NCBI GenBank assembly: GCA_964514515.1 | Contig: CAZERK010000001.1 | Span: forward strand, 1-44,118 | DNA: 44,118 nucleotides | Direction of reading: 5' to 3' | DNA from: an uncultured Planctomycetaceae bacterium | GTDB taxonomy: Bacteria > Planctomycetota > Phycisphaerae > UBA1845 > UTPLA1 | Shown here: in pieces, positions 25,828 through 32,623 of the stretch | Numbering within the stretch: the first letter of the stretch is position 1 | Layout of the letters: the number at the start of each line of letters is the position of its first letter | Position numbers and translations under genes: made by a program | The notes under the pieces: model-generated | What the model was told of the DNA's origin: nothing | Seen by the model: only the letters and a program-made list of their open reading frames with translations | Databases searched by the model: none

Positions 25828-26508
25828 TTACTCCGTCCCGTGCATCTTCCGCTCGGAAAGCACCTGAATGTATTGCGCCGCCTCGACGGGCTTGCTGTCG
25901 TCGACGCCGATCTTCACTTCGGTATCTGCAGCATACGCGCCCGGAGGATGGAACTTCGCCGGCGGCAGCGGCAGGACGCCCCCATCCTTGCCGATGAATT
26001 TCGGGAACACGTAGATCACGCCCCGCAGGTCGTGCAGGTCGCCCCACTTGTAGTCGAACGGGCCCTTCTTGATCGGCGTATCGCCGTCGAGGGCCGAGCC
26101 GCGGATCGCGTTGCCGATCTTGCGACCGTAGTAGGTCGAGTCGTTGGTGAGCACGAAGATCTGATTCTGCGGCAGGTTGAACTTGCCCGGATCGGTCGTG
26201 CCGGTCGTCGGGCGGCGATCGTACCAGTCCTTCACCGTGATCTTCGAATCCGGCTTGAGCAGCTCATTGCCGGGCTTGTCGAGATCCGGCGGATACACGC
26301 AGACGATCGTGAGTTCCAGCGGCTCGCCGGTGCGCTTCTCCGGCGGACGGTTGCCCTGCGCCCCCGTGTTGATGAAGCGATCCTGACGAATCGTGAGCGT
26401 GCGGCCGCAACCGGTCGCCGCGAGCGCGGCGGTCGCGAGAAGAAGGACGCTACCGGCGCGGAGGGTGGTAATGAGCTGGCGCGATAGACGCAGAGAAGGC
26501 AGATTCAT
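25828..26508 (-). CDS. tssJ: Outer-membrane lipoprotein in the tssJ slot (TssJ-like), 226 aa
   Basis: Internal ATG at 26506-26508, 2 nt after the stop of the upstream gene. MNLPSLRLSRQLITTLRAGSVLLLATAALAATGC is a signal peptide plus a lipobox-like A-T-G-C. The mature protein is beta-rich and lies directly upstream of tssK-tssL-tssM. The call rests on position and lipoprotein character, not on a motif I can verify. Confidence 0.55.
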   Translation of the reverse strand: MNLPSLRLSRQLITTLRAGSVLLLATAALAATGCGRTLTIRQDRFINTGAQGNRPPEKRTGEPLELTIVCVYPPDLDKPGNELLKPDSKITVKDWYDRRPTTGTTDPGKFNLPQNQIFVLTNDSTYYGRKIGNAIRGSALDGDTPIKKGPFDYKWGDLHDLRGVIYVFPKFIGKDGGVLPLPPAKFHPPGAYAADTEVKIGVDDSKPVEAAQYIQVLSERKMHGTE

Positions 26509-26510
26509 AG

Positions 26511-27689
26511 TCACACTCCGTGGGCGTAGGCTTCCGCAAGCTTCTGACTGCGCAGCTCGCGGATGTGCTGATGGAAGAGTTGATGCCCGTCGTCGCGAAT
26601 GAAATCCTTGACCTTGCGGTTCGGGTCGTTGCCCATCCCGACCGGGCCGCGCAGGTGCGTCTCGAGCTCCTGGGCGATGGACTCCAGCGCGCTGTCGCTG
26701 CCGAGAATGGCGGCCATGATCCAGCGCTTGAGACCGAGCAGGCGCATCTTGCACACGCCGGCCGGCTTGCCGTGCTCAGCATCGATGATCTCGCGGATCA
26801 CCTGGTTGAGATCCGGAGAGTGCGCGTAGACGTCCCAGGGCTTCGCGACCGTCTGGTTGTGCTTGGTAAAGCTGCCGAGGAACGGCGCAACCGCCTGGTC
26901 CAAATCGGCGACGAAACGCGTGAGTTCGATGACCGTATCGACGAGGCGTTCGGCTGCGGGCACGGGCGGGTTCTGGTTGCCCGGCGCGAGCGGCGGCTTG
27001 GCGCGTGCGAGGCGTTCCCACAACTCGCGCAGCACGATTTCGACGCCGCCGCCGGCGCCCTCCCGCGCGACGACAAGTTCGTTCTTGAGCCCCTCGATGA
27101 CCGCGTCTTTGTCCTTGCGCAACTGCTCGATATCGCCGCGCAGACGCTCGATCTCGACATTCTGCTCGCGGGAGCTTTCCGCCATGGCGTCGGTCCGCGA
27201 GGTATCGGCGGCGGCGCGCTCGGCACGCTGCAGCTTGATCGTGAGCGATTCGGCCTTGCTCTCCGCTTCGTGCAGCAGCGCATTCTTGGCGACGAGTTGT
27301 TCCTCGTATTCCGCGACCTGCTGTTGAGCGGTCTGCAAACGCGTGCGCTGATCGGCGACGATGCGGTCGAGTTCGGTCGCGCGCTGCTGCTCGGCTTCGA
27401 GTTGCTTGGCGCGGAGCGACAGATCCGCCTTGGTCGCGGCCAGCGTATCTTCGAGCGAGGCCTTCTCTTCCCCCAACCGCGTGGCCTTCTTGGAAAGGGC
27501 GTCGAGACGCTCGCGGTCGGCGCCGTCCCCCTTGGCGGCGGCTTGGTCGGCGAGCTCCGTCAGCAGCGCTGCGAGCACGCGGTAGCGCTGGGCTTCGGGC
27601 GCCTGCGCAAGCGCAGCGCGCACCGGCTCCAAGAGCGTAAGCGCGCCCGTGTCTGGTGCACTGTCCCGACGTTGTTCCGTCACGGGCAC
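26511..27689 (-). CDS. Coiled-coil protein (392 aa) of unknown family occupying the position that Fha holds in related T6SS loci
   Basis: GTG at 27687-27689 with GAAAGG upstream. Residues about 45-215 are heptad-like and E/K/Q/A/L-rich (KASLEDTLAATKADLSLRAKQLEAEQQRATELDRIVADQRTRLQTAQQQVAEYEEQL...). A C-terminal globular part of about 175 aa follows. I find no FHA signature. The stop lies 2 nt before the tssJ ATG (TGA-ct-ATG). Confidence 0.75.
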   Translation of the reverse strand: MPVTEQRRDSAPDTGALTLLEPVRAALAQAPEAQRYRVLAALLTELADQAAAKGDGADRERLDALSKKATRLGEEKASLEDTLAATKADLSLRAKQLEAEQQRATELDRIVADQRTRLQTAQQQVAEYEEQLVAKNALLHEAESKAESLTIKLQRAERAAADTSRTDAMAESSREQNVEIERLRGDIEQLRKDKDAVIEGLKNELVVAREGAGGGVEIVLRELWERLARAKPPLAPGNQNPPVPAAERLVDTVIELTRFVADLDQAVAPFLGSFTKHNQTVAKPWDVYAHSPDLNQVIREIIDAEHGKPAGVCKMRLLGLKRWIMAAILGSDSALESIAQELETHLRGPVGMGNDPNRKVKDFIRDDGHQLFHQHIRELRSQKLAEAYAHGV

Positions 27690-27836
27690 TGCCAGCCTTT
27701 CTTTACATCAGTATTTGTGGCCCAATACGGCGCGACCTACCACACCCACGAGTCCAATGTGCGCCGGTCATCCGCCGCGCGCTTCGCGCCGCGGAGCGGT
27801 CGATACACGTCCGGTCTCGCCGCAATTGACACTCGA

Positions 27837-27865
27837 ACTATATCCACACTAATGGGACCCGGCAA
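27837..27865 (-). promoter_or_regulatory. Sigma70-like promoter candidate (minus strand) between the pseudokinase gene and the coiled-coil/tssJ genes
   Basis: Minus-strand reading: TTGCCG (27860-27865), 17-nt spacer, TATAGT (27837-27842). It lies in a locally AT-richer 232-nt spacer. Confidence 0.3.
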
Positions 27866-27921
27866 GCCCAGTATGGCCGCGCGGACACCGCGCCACAGTC
27901 CCCCGCAAGCGCCGCGCGCGA

Positions 27922-30900
27922 CTAGCGCGGCAGCACGCGCAGGACCGGACGGACTCCCGTCAGCTCGTCACCAAAACGAGCGTCACGAGCCTGCAACACG
28001 AGGGGGTTGCTCAGCCATTTCCACATTTCGGACGAATTTAGCGGCTTCTTGGGCGGTGGCGGCAGGATTGTCTCCTGCTCCCGAATCTTGCGCGTCACGC
28101 CGCCGCACGCGAGCGTCGCATCGGTACCCGCGCCGGTACACCACTCGCGCAGGCCGCCGAAGAGGTCGGCCGGTGCATTCGCCCCCCAGCGCAGCGCCGC
28201 CAACACCCACTCGTCAACGGTCGGCACGACTCGACCGAGTTGCGTCGCCGCCGCCGTCGCCTCCGCGAAAGCGCCGGATACGGATACTTCCTTCTCATCT
28301 ACGTAGTAGAGCGTCCACGGACGCTCCGGTGCGGCGGCCGTCTCCGTCAGGTGCGCAAGCGTCGCAGGCGGTGCGGCTTGGTCCGCCACGCTCTTCCACA
28401 ACCCGTCCTGAGGCGGAATCGACACGAGACGCAGACGGTTGCCCTGGCCGTCACGCAAGTTCGTCGGATAGCCGGAGACGGGATCGCGGTCGCTCTCTGC
28501 CGCGTAACCGCGCGTCGCCAGCGCCGCCTGCTGTTCGTCCCACGGCGGCGGCAGCAGCGTCGCCGACTTGAGCAGCGCGGTCGCATCGGCGTCATCGGGA
28601 AGGTTCGTCAGCAACGGCGTGACTTCGGCCAGACGCGGACGCCAGTCCGCCACCGCCTCGCCCCGCAGAGTCTTGTCTACGTCGCCACGCAGCACCTGCA
28701 CCACGGTCTTCAGCGACGCGCGAGCCGCATCCGCCAATTTCGCCAGCGCCGTCGCGTTGTCGGGCGACGGCCCCCAGCGCTCGCCACTGTGCTCCATGGT
28801 CAGGTCCTGGGCTACGGATTCGGCACCCGAGCGCAGGTTCACGCGGAGGGAGAAAGTCACGCGCTCGTCGCCGGCCGAACGTACGTTGGCGTACATCGCC
28901 GAGCCGGGAACCATCAGGTTGGCGACCACCGTCGAGGCTTGCGCCGCCAAGGGGTCTCCGCTCGGGCTCAACTCACGCAGCAGGTTCGCGTTGTCGGCTT
29001 TGGCACCGAAGCGCTCCGGCGCGGCCCCGATGTAGGCGGCGAATTGCTGAGTCCAATCGACCGTCTTCACTGGAGGCGGCTCGGGCGGAGGTTCCGGCTT
29101 GTCCGGCTCCTGCACGGCGACGGGCTCTGGCGGTGTCGGCGCCGTCGCAGTGGGTGGCGCAGAGTCGGCGGTGGTAGCGACGGGCGGGTTCACCGGCGGT
29201 GCGGGCTGCGGAGGCGGCGTGCCTCCACGCAGCGCGAAGAACAGGATCGCGGCCACTGCGGCGACCGCGGCAACACCTCCGCCAATGACGAACCCACGCC
29301 TGCTGCCCGCGGGACGCGGTTTCGCGGCCGCAGCTTTCTCTGTGGGCCGTTCTTCGGGCGTCGCGGCAGCCGGCTTCGGCGCCCGGACGGGCTTGGGCGG
29401 CGGCGGTGCGACCGGGGGCGGCGCGGCAGCCGACACGGCCGGCGCGCTGCCTGCAGCCGCTCCGAACTTCTGCTCCCACCCCGCGGGAAGCTCGTACACC
29501 AGCTTCGCGGGACTCCAGACCGCTCTGAGGACGAACGCCTCGCCGCTCTTGGGTTTGATATCGAAGCCAATCTCGGCGAGCGCGACCTTGCCCTGACGAG
29601 GAACCGTCACTTTTGCAGCGGATGGTGCGGCCTTGGCGACCGCCTTGATCTGCTCGCCCGCCGCTTCGCGCCAATGCGACTGCAGCTCGACGATGCGCTC
29701 GCGCAGATGCGTCTCGAACTCCGCGAGCGATTCGAGCGTCGCGCGGCCGGCGTCCTCGACGGTAACCGTCGTCGCGAAAATGACTTCGGGCTCGCCGCCG
29801 GCCGGATGCAGCGCGATTGCCACGTCGCCATCGAGCGTCGTCGGCAGTTCCGGCTCGGTGTGAACCGGCGTGAGCCGCACGCGAAGCACGTCCTTGTACG
29901 TCCGGGCTAGTTCGGAGCGGGCCACAAGGTCCTGCACGATGGCCGCGCCGGCCGCCTGCTTGGCCACGTCGGTGGCTTGCGCCACAAACGCCCGGCGATC
30001 GGCCGGCTCCCAGGTCAACGATTCCGGCAGCCACACCAACTCCAGCGGCCCGCGCCCCTCCGCCGCGTCCGGCCCCAGGAGCGCCAGCTCAGCGGTCACG
30101 CGCGGGCCCGGCTTTGCCATCTCCGCACGCACAGTCGCACGGGGGAACATGGTGCCCTGAAGCCACTTCTCGAACGTGCCAAGGCGGGATTTCTGCAGGT
30201 CCGGCAATTGCTCCAGCAGGCCAATCCCGATCTGTGTCGCGAAGGTCTCCTGCTCGCCGCAGAGCTGGACGCCGTCTTCGCGCACGCGGAAATCCAGTTC
30301 GCCGATCAGCGGCGGCGCGTCGAAACGCTCCCCTGCCGGCCGCAGGGCGACCCGCACGCGAGCCCGAGCGTCAGCGTCGATGTCCGGCGGCGCCCAGGTG
30401 ATGAATTCGACGGCCGTTTCGATGGCTTTCGACTGAACCAGCCCGGCCAGCTCGCCCTCCGCCAGCGGCTGGAGTACGCTGTCGGCCGCGACGCGCATGC
30501 TCTCGGTCAGCGCGTCGATGTTGGTGGCGGCGTCGTCGACGAGCCGGGTCCGGCAGATGAGCACGAGCGCGGCAGCCTCGTCTTTGAGCCCGGCGGGCCA
30601 GTGCTGCAGTTGCGGCTCCTGGTCGAGCACGTCCAGGGCCGCGTCCCAGCGCGTCTGCTCGATCAGTTCCTTGGCTTTGGCGACCCATGCCCGCGCCGCG
30701 GCGTGCTGGTCGGCCATCTCGCGACGGAGGCGGTCCTGCTGCTCCTGGTGGGCGGCGTACTCCTGCTCGACGGCCGTCACGGACGCCTGCAGGTCCTCCG
30801 GCCAACTCTCCAGAGGCGGCTTCTGCCCCAGCAGCTTGGCGACGCCGGACCAGTTGCGCGCGGCCGCCGTCTTCTGCAGGATCTTCAGCCACGACTGGGC

Positions 30901-32154
30901 CTTGCGCAGGCCCTGGCTCTGCGCGATCTTCGCCGCCAATGGTTCGAGCGCGGCCAGCACGTCCGGCGGCCAGGCGTCGACTTGCGGCTTTTCGCTGAGG
31001 AGGTTTTGGGCCTTCTCCCATTCGCCGGCGCTGACGGCGTTCTGCAGGCGGCCGAACCACTTGGCCACCGCCTGTAACTCCGCCTCAGCAGCGGCTTTGC
31101 GACCTTCCTCCGCCAGCCCCTCGCGGGCCCGAGTCTCGAGCGTGTGAGCCTGGGCACGCTGCTCGGCGGTCATGATCTCCAGCGGCGGGCGGAGATCGAG
31201 GACGGCATCAAGTTCGGCCCAGACGCGCCCGGCCAGCAGTTGTTCAACCTGGGCGAGCCAGCGCTGCACCTTTACGTTGTTCAGGTCGACAGCCGGCGCG
31301 ACGGCAAGCAAGCGCTGGGAGATCGCCGCGGCCGATGGGCGGTCACCGGGCAGGCGGGCCAGCATGGCCGTGACGAGTTCGAGCCACGCCCGGACCGAAG
31401 AATCGGACGATTGGGTCAGGGCATCCCGACTCGGCGCCGCGGGAATGCCGAACCCCATCATGCGGGCCATGTCGACGACGCGATGCGCCTCGGGCTCGAA
31501 GTACAGATACGGATGCACGTGCTCGGCGAACAGGGCCGCAACCATGCCCGCCGCGACGATGTCCGAGCCGGTCTCAAAGCTGGCGAGGGTTTCCGACCCG
31601 TACTTGTCCGGATCGATGTACGCGCACAGCCGATCGTCGCGGTCCACCACGCTCAGCGGCAGGACCTCCCAAGCCCCGGTGCCGGTGGCGTGCGGCCGAA
31701 CGGCCAGATTGAGGTACGGATCCACACCGAGGGTCTTGCAGACGGCCGGGGCAAAGCCGAAATCCGTCACGCGCGGCAGGCCGTCGACGCCCATCAGAAG
31801 AACGCCTGGGCACAGCCCGCCGTGGACGACCGTCCGCGCACCGCCGCCGCCATGGGCAGCGGCCAGGGCATCCGCCAGCGCCACGAGCAGGCGGACCAAC
31901 TCGGCCGGCTCCATGAGCGGCTTGGACGGATCAAACAGGTCGGCAGCATTCAGGGGCGTGGCCGGCTCGTGGGCGACCGACAACACTCCGTCTTGCTCTT
32001 CGAGTGGCCCGACAAAGCGCAGGATATAGGGTGAATTGGCCGCCAAGCGGTTCTGGGCGTGGACGGCATCCTGGAGCGCGTCCGCCAGGCGCGCCGTACG
32101 CTCGGCGTCGACTGTGGCGGGTGGCAGAATCAGGCGTCGAAATCCGTCAGACAT
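27922..32154 (-). CDS. Single-pass membrane protein (1410 aa): degenerate Ser/Thr-kinase-like (pseudokinase) domain, W-x12-W-x15-WP helical repeats, TM helix, Pro-rich linker, C-terminal FGE-sulfatase-like (TagR-like) domain
   Basis: The ORF track gives 27922..32358. I prefer the ATG at 32152-32154 (MSDGFRRLILPP), because the 68 upstream codons are Pro/Arg-rich; the start is uncertain (weak RBS). Kinase-like blocks: VVHGGLCPGVLL (in place of HRDLKPxN), RVTDFGFA, YIDPDKYG, DIVAAGMVAALF, LPGDRPSAAAISQRL. TM: GFVIGGGVAAVAAVAAILFFAL (29230-29295). C-terminus: YYVDEKEVS...GRVVPTVDEWVLAALRWG...LFGGLREWCTG...LACGG...TGVRPVLRV. Confidence 0.75.
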   Translation of the reverse strand: MSDGFRRLILPPATVDAERTARLADALQDAVHAQNRLAANSPYILRFVGPLEEQDGVLSVAHEPATPLNAADLFDPSKPLMEPAELVRLLVALADALAAAHGGGGARTVVHGGLCPGVLLMGVDGLPRVTDFGFAPAVCKTLGVDPYLNLAVRPHATGTGAWEVLPLSVVDRDDRLCAYIDPDKYGSETLASFETGSDIVAAGMVAALFAEHVHPYLYFEPEAHRVVDMARMMGFGIPAAPSRDALTQSSDSSVRAWLELVTAMLARLPGDRPSAAAISQRLLAVAPAVDLNNVKVQRWLAQVEQLLAGRVWAELDAVLDLRPPLEIMTAEQRAQAHTLETRAREGLAEEGRKAAAEAELQAVAKWFGRLQNAVSAGEWEKAQNLLSEKPQVDAWPPDVLAALEPLAAKIAQSQGLRKAQSWLKILQKTAAARNWSGVAKLLGQKPPLESWPEDLQASVTAVEQEYAAHQEQQDRLRREMADQHAAARAWVAKAKELIEQTRWDAALDVLDQEPQLQHWPAGLKDEAAALVLICRTRLVDDAATNIDALTESMRVAADSVLQPLAEGELAGLVQSKAIETAVEFITWAPPDIDADARARVRVALRPAGERFDAPPLIGELDFRVREDGVQLCGEQETFATQIGIGLLEQLPDLQKSRLGTFEKWLQGTMFPRATVRAEMAKPGPRVTAELALLGPDAAEGRGPLELVWLPESLTWEPADRRAFVAQATDVAKQAAGAAIVQDLVARSELARTYKDVLRVRLTPVHTEPELPTTLDGDVAIALHPAGGEPEVIFATTVTVEDAGRATLESLAEFETHLRERIVELQSHWREAAGEQIKAVAKAAPSAAKVTVPRQGKVALAEIGFDIKPKSGEAFVLRAVWSPAKLVYELPAGWEQKFGAAAGSAPAVSAAAPPPVAPPPPKPVRAPKPAAATPEERPTEKAAAAKPRPAGSRRGFVIGGGVAAVAAVAAILFFALRGGTPPPQPAPPVNPPVATTADSAPPTATAPTPPEPVAVQEPDKPEPPPEPPPVKTVDWTQQFAAYIGAAPERFGAKADNANLLRELSPSGDPLAAQASTVVANLMVPGSAMYANVRSAGDERVTFSLRVNLRSGAESVAQDLTMEHSGERWGPSPDNATALAKLADAARASLKTVVQVLRGDVDKTLRGEAVADWRPRLAEVTPLLTNLPDDADATALLKSATLLPPPWDEQQAALATRGYAAESDRDPVSGYPTNLRDGQGNRLRLVSIPPQDGLWKSVADQAAPPATLAHLTETAAAPERPWTLYYVDEKEVSVSGAFAEATAAATQLGRVVPTVDEWVLAALRWGANAPADLFGGLREWCTGAGTDATLACGGVTRKIREQETILPPPPKKPLNSSEMWKWLSNPLVLQARDARFGDELTGVRPVLRVLPR
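27925..28449 (-). other. FGE-sulfatase-like (SUMF1/TagR-like) periplasmic domain at the C-terminus of the 1410-aa protein
   Basis: The order and spacing of its blocks resemble the FGE-sulfatase family: (E)VS, LPT-x-(D/E)EW-x-x-AAR-x-G (here VPTVDEWVLAALRWG), G-x-x-(W)EW (here GGLREWCTG), a GG block, and a terminal G(F/V)R-x-V (here GVRPVLRV). Confidence 0.55.
31300..32037 (-). other. Pseudokinase domain of the 1410-aa protein (H-G-G replaces H-R-D at 31816-31824; DFG retained at 31756-31764)
   Basis: Direct reading of codons: GTC GTC CAC GGC GGG CTG TGC CCA GGC GTT = VVHGGLCPGV. No GxGxxG loop or VAIK-type Lys context is visible in the roughly 45 residues upstream. Confidence 0.65.
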
Positions 32155-32223
32155 CCGTAGCGACACTCGGTTTAGGTTACGGGCGGACCGGCCGGGTCCC
32201 CGCGGCGCGACAGTATCCCGTAA

Positions 32224-32239
32224 TTCGCGCGATCGCGAA
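32224..32239. promoter_or_regulatory. Palindromic element in the divergent T6SS / envelope-module intergenic region (candidate operator)
   Basis: TTCGCG-cgat-CGCGAA (32224-32239), containing the perfect 10-bp palindrome CGCGATCGCG (32228-32237). It lies about 70 nt upstream of the pseudokinase start. Confidence 0.35.
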
Positions 32240-32290
32240 AGGCGGTGCGGCGGAGGCGGCACGGCCGGGGGGGTGGCGGGCAGTTCACCC

Positions 32291-32319
32291 TTGACGCTAG
32301 GCAGGGGGTGGCGTAGCGT
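32291..32319 (+). promoter_or_regulatory. Sigma70-like promoter candidate for the plus-strand envelope module
   Basis: TTGACG (32291-32296), 17-nt spacer, TAGCGT (32314-32319), about 80 nt upstream of the ATG at 32400. Confidence 0.3.
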
Positions 32320-32399
32320 TAACGTGGGAAGGTTGGGCTTCGAGGACCAAACACACATCAGTACGGACCCCGGTAACTTCCCTAGCAGAGGAGTGTGCG

Positions 32400-32603
32400 A
32401 TGGGCCGAATGCGACTCCGATGGCGCTGGGTATATTCGCTGGCAGGTGCGGCGATCCTGCTGCAGACGACGACGTGTACGCTCAGCGACACGCAGACGCA
32501 GCAGCAGTTCGCCAGTCAGTTCCTGCTGCCACAGCTCGCCACCGCGTTTTCCGATCTGGTGTTCTTCGTGCTCGACAACGCGCTGGTACACATCACTACT
32601 TGA
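32400..32603 (+). CDS. Small exported protein (67 aa) with an N-terminal signal/anchor sequence followed by Cys
   Basis: ATG at 32400 with GAGGAG (32388-32393) 6 nt upstream. MGRMRLRWRWVYSLAGAAILLQTTTC, then 41 residues that are Q/T-rich followed by a hydrophobic/amphipathic stretch. GC3-rich codons. The lipobox is poor (T-T-T-C). Confidence 0.5.
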   Translation: MGRMRLRWRWVYSLAGAAILLQTTTCTLSDTQTQQQFASQFLLPQLATAFSDLVFFVLDNALVHITT

Positions 32604-32623
32604 GAGTGACCCCGGAGGACCTG

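Noticed and set aside
3766-26508. Alternative reading of the locus as a phage tail, tailocin or extracellular contractile injection system
   Set aside because: The membrane-complex genes (tssJ-slot lipoprotein, DotU-type tssL, IcmF-type tssM), ClpV, TssA and TagF mark a bona fide T6SS. No tape-measure, capsid, terminase or lysis genes are present.
26511-27689. Possibility that the coiled-coil protein is simply Fha
   Set aside because: I could not place the FHA hallmark (G-R ... S-x-x-H ... N-G) anywhere in the 392 residues. It is kept as an unknown coiled-coil protein pending a profile search.
32036-32623. Upstream part of the 252-aa track ORF 32036..32794
   Set aside because: It spans the pseudokinase 5' end, the divergent intergenic region and the first mini-gene in another frame. 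Only the last 56 codons, from ATG 32624 (RBS, lipobox), look like a gene.
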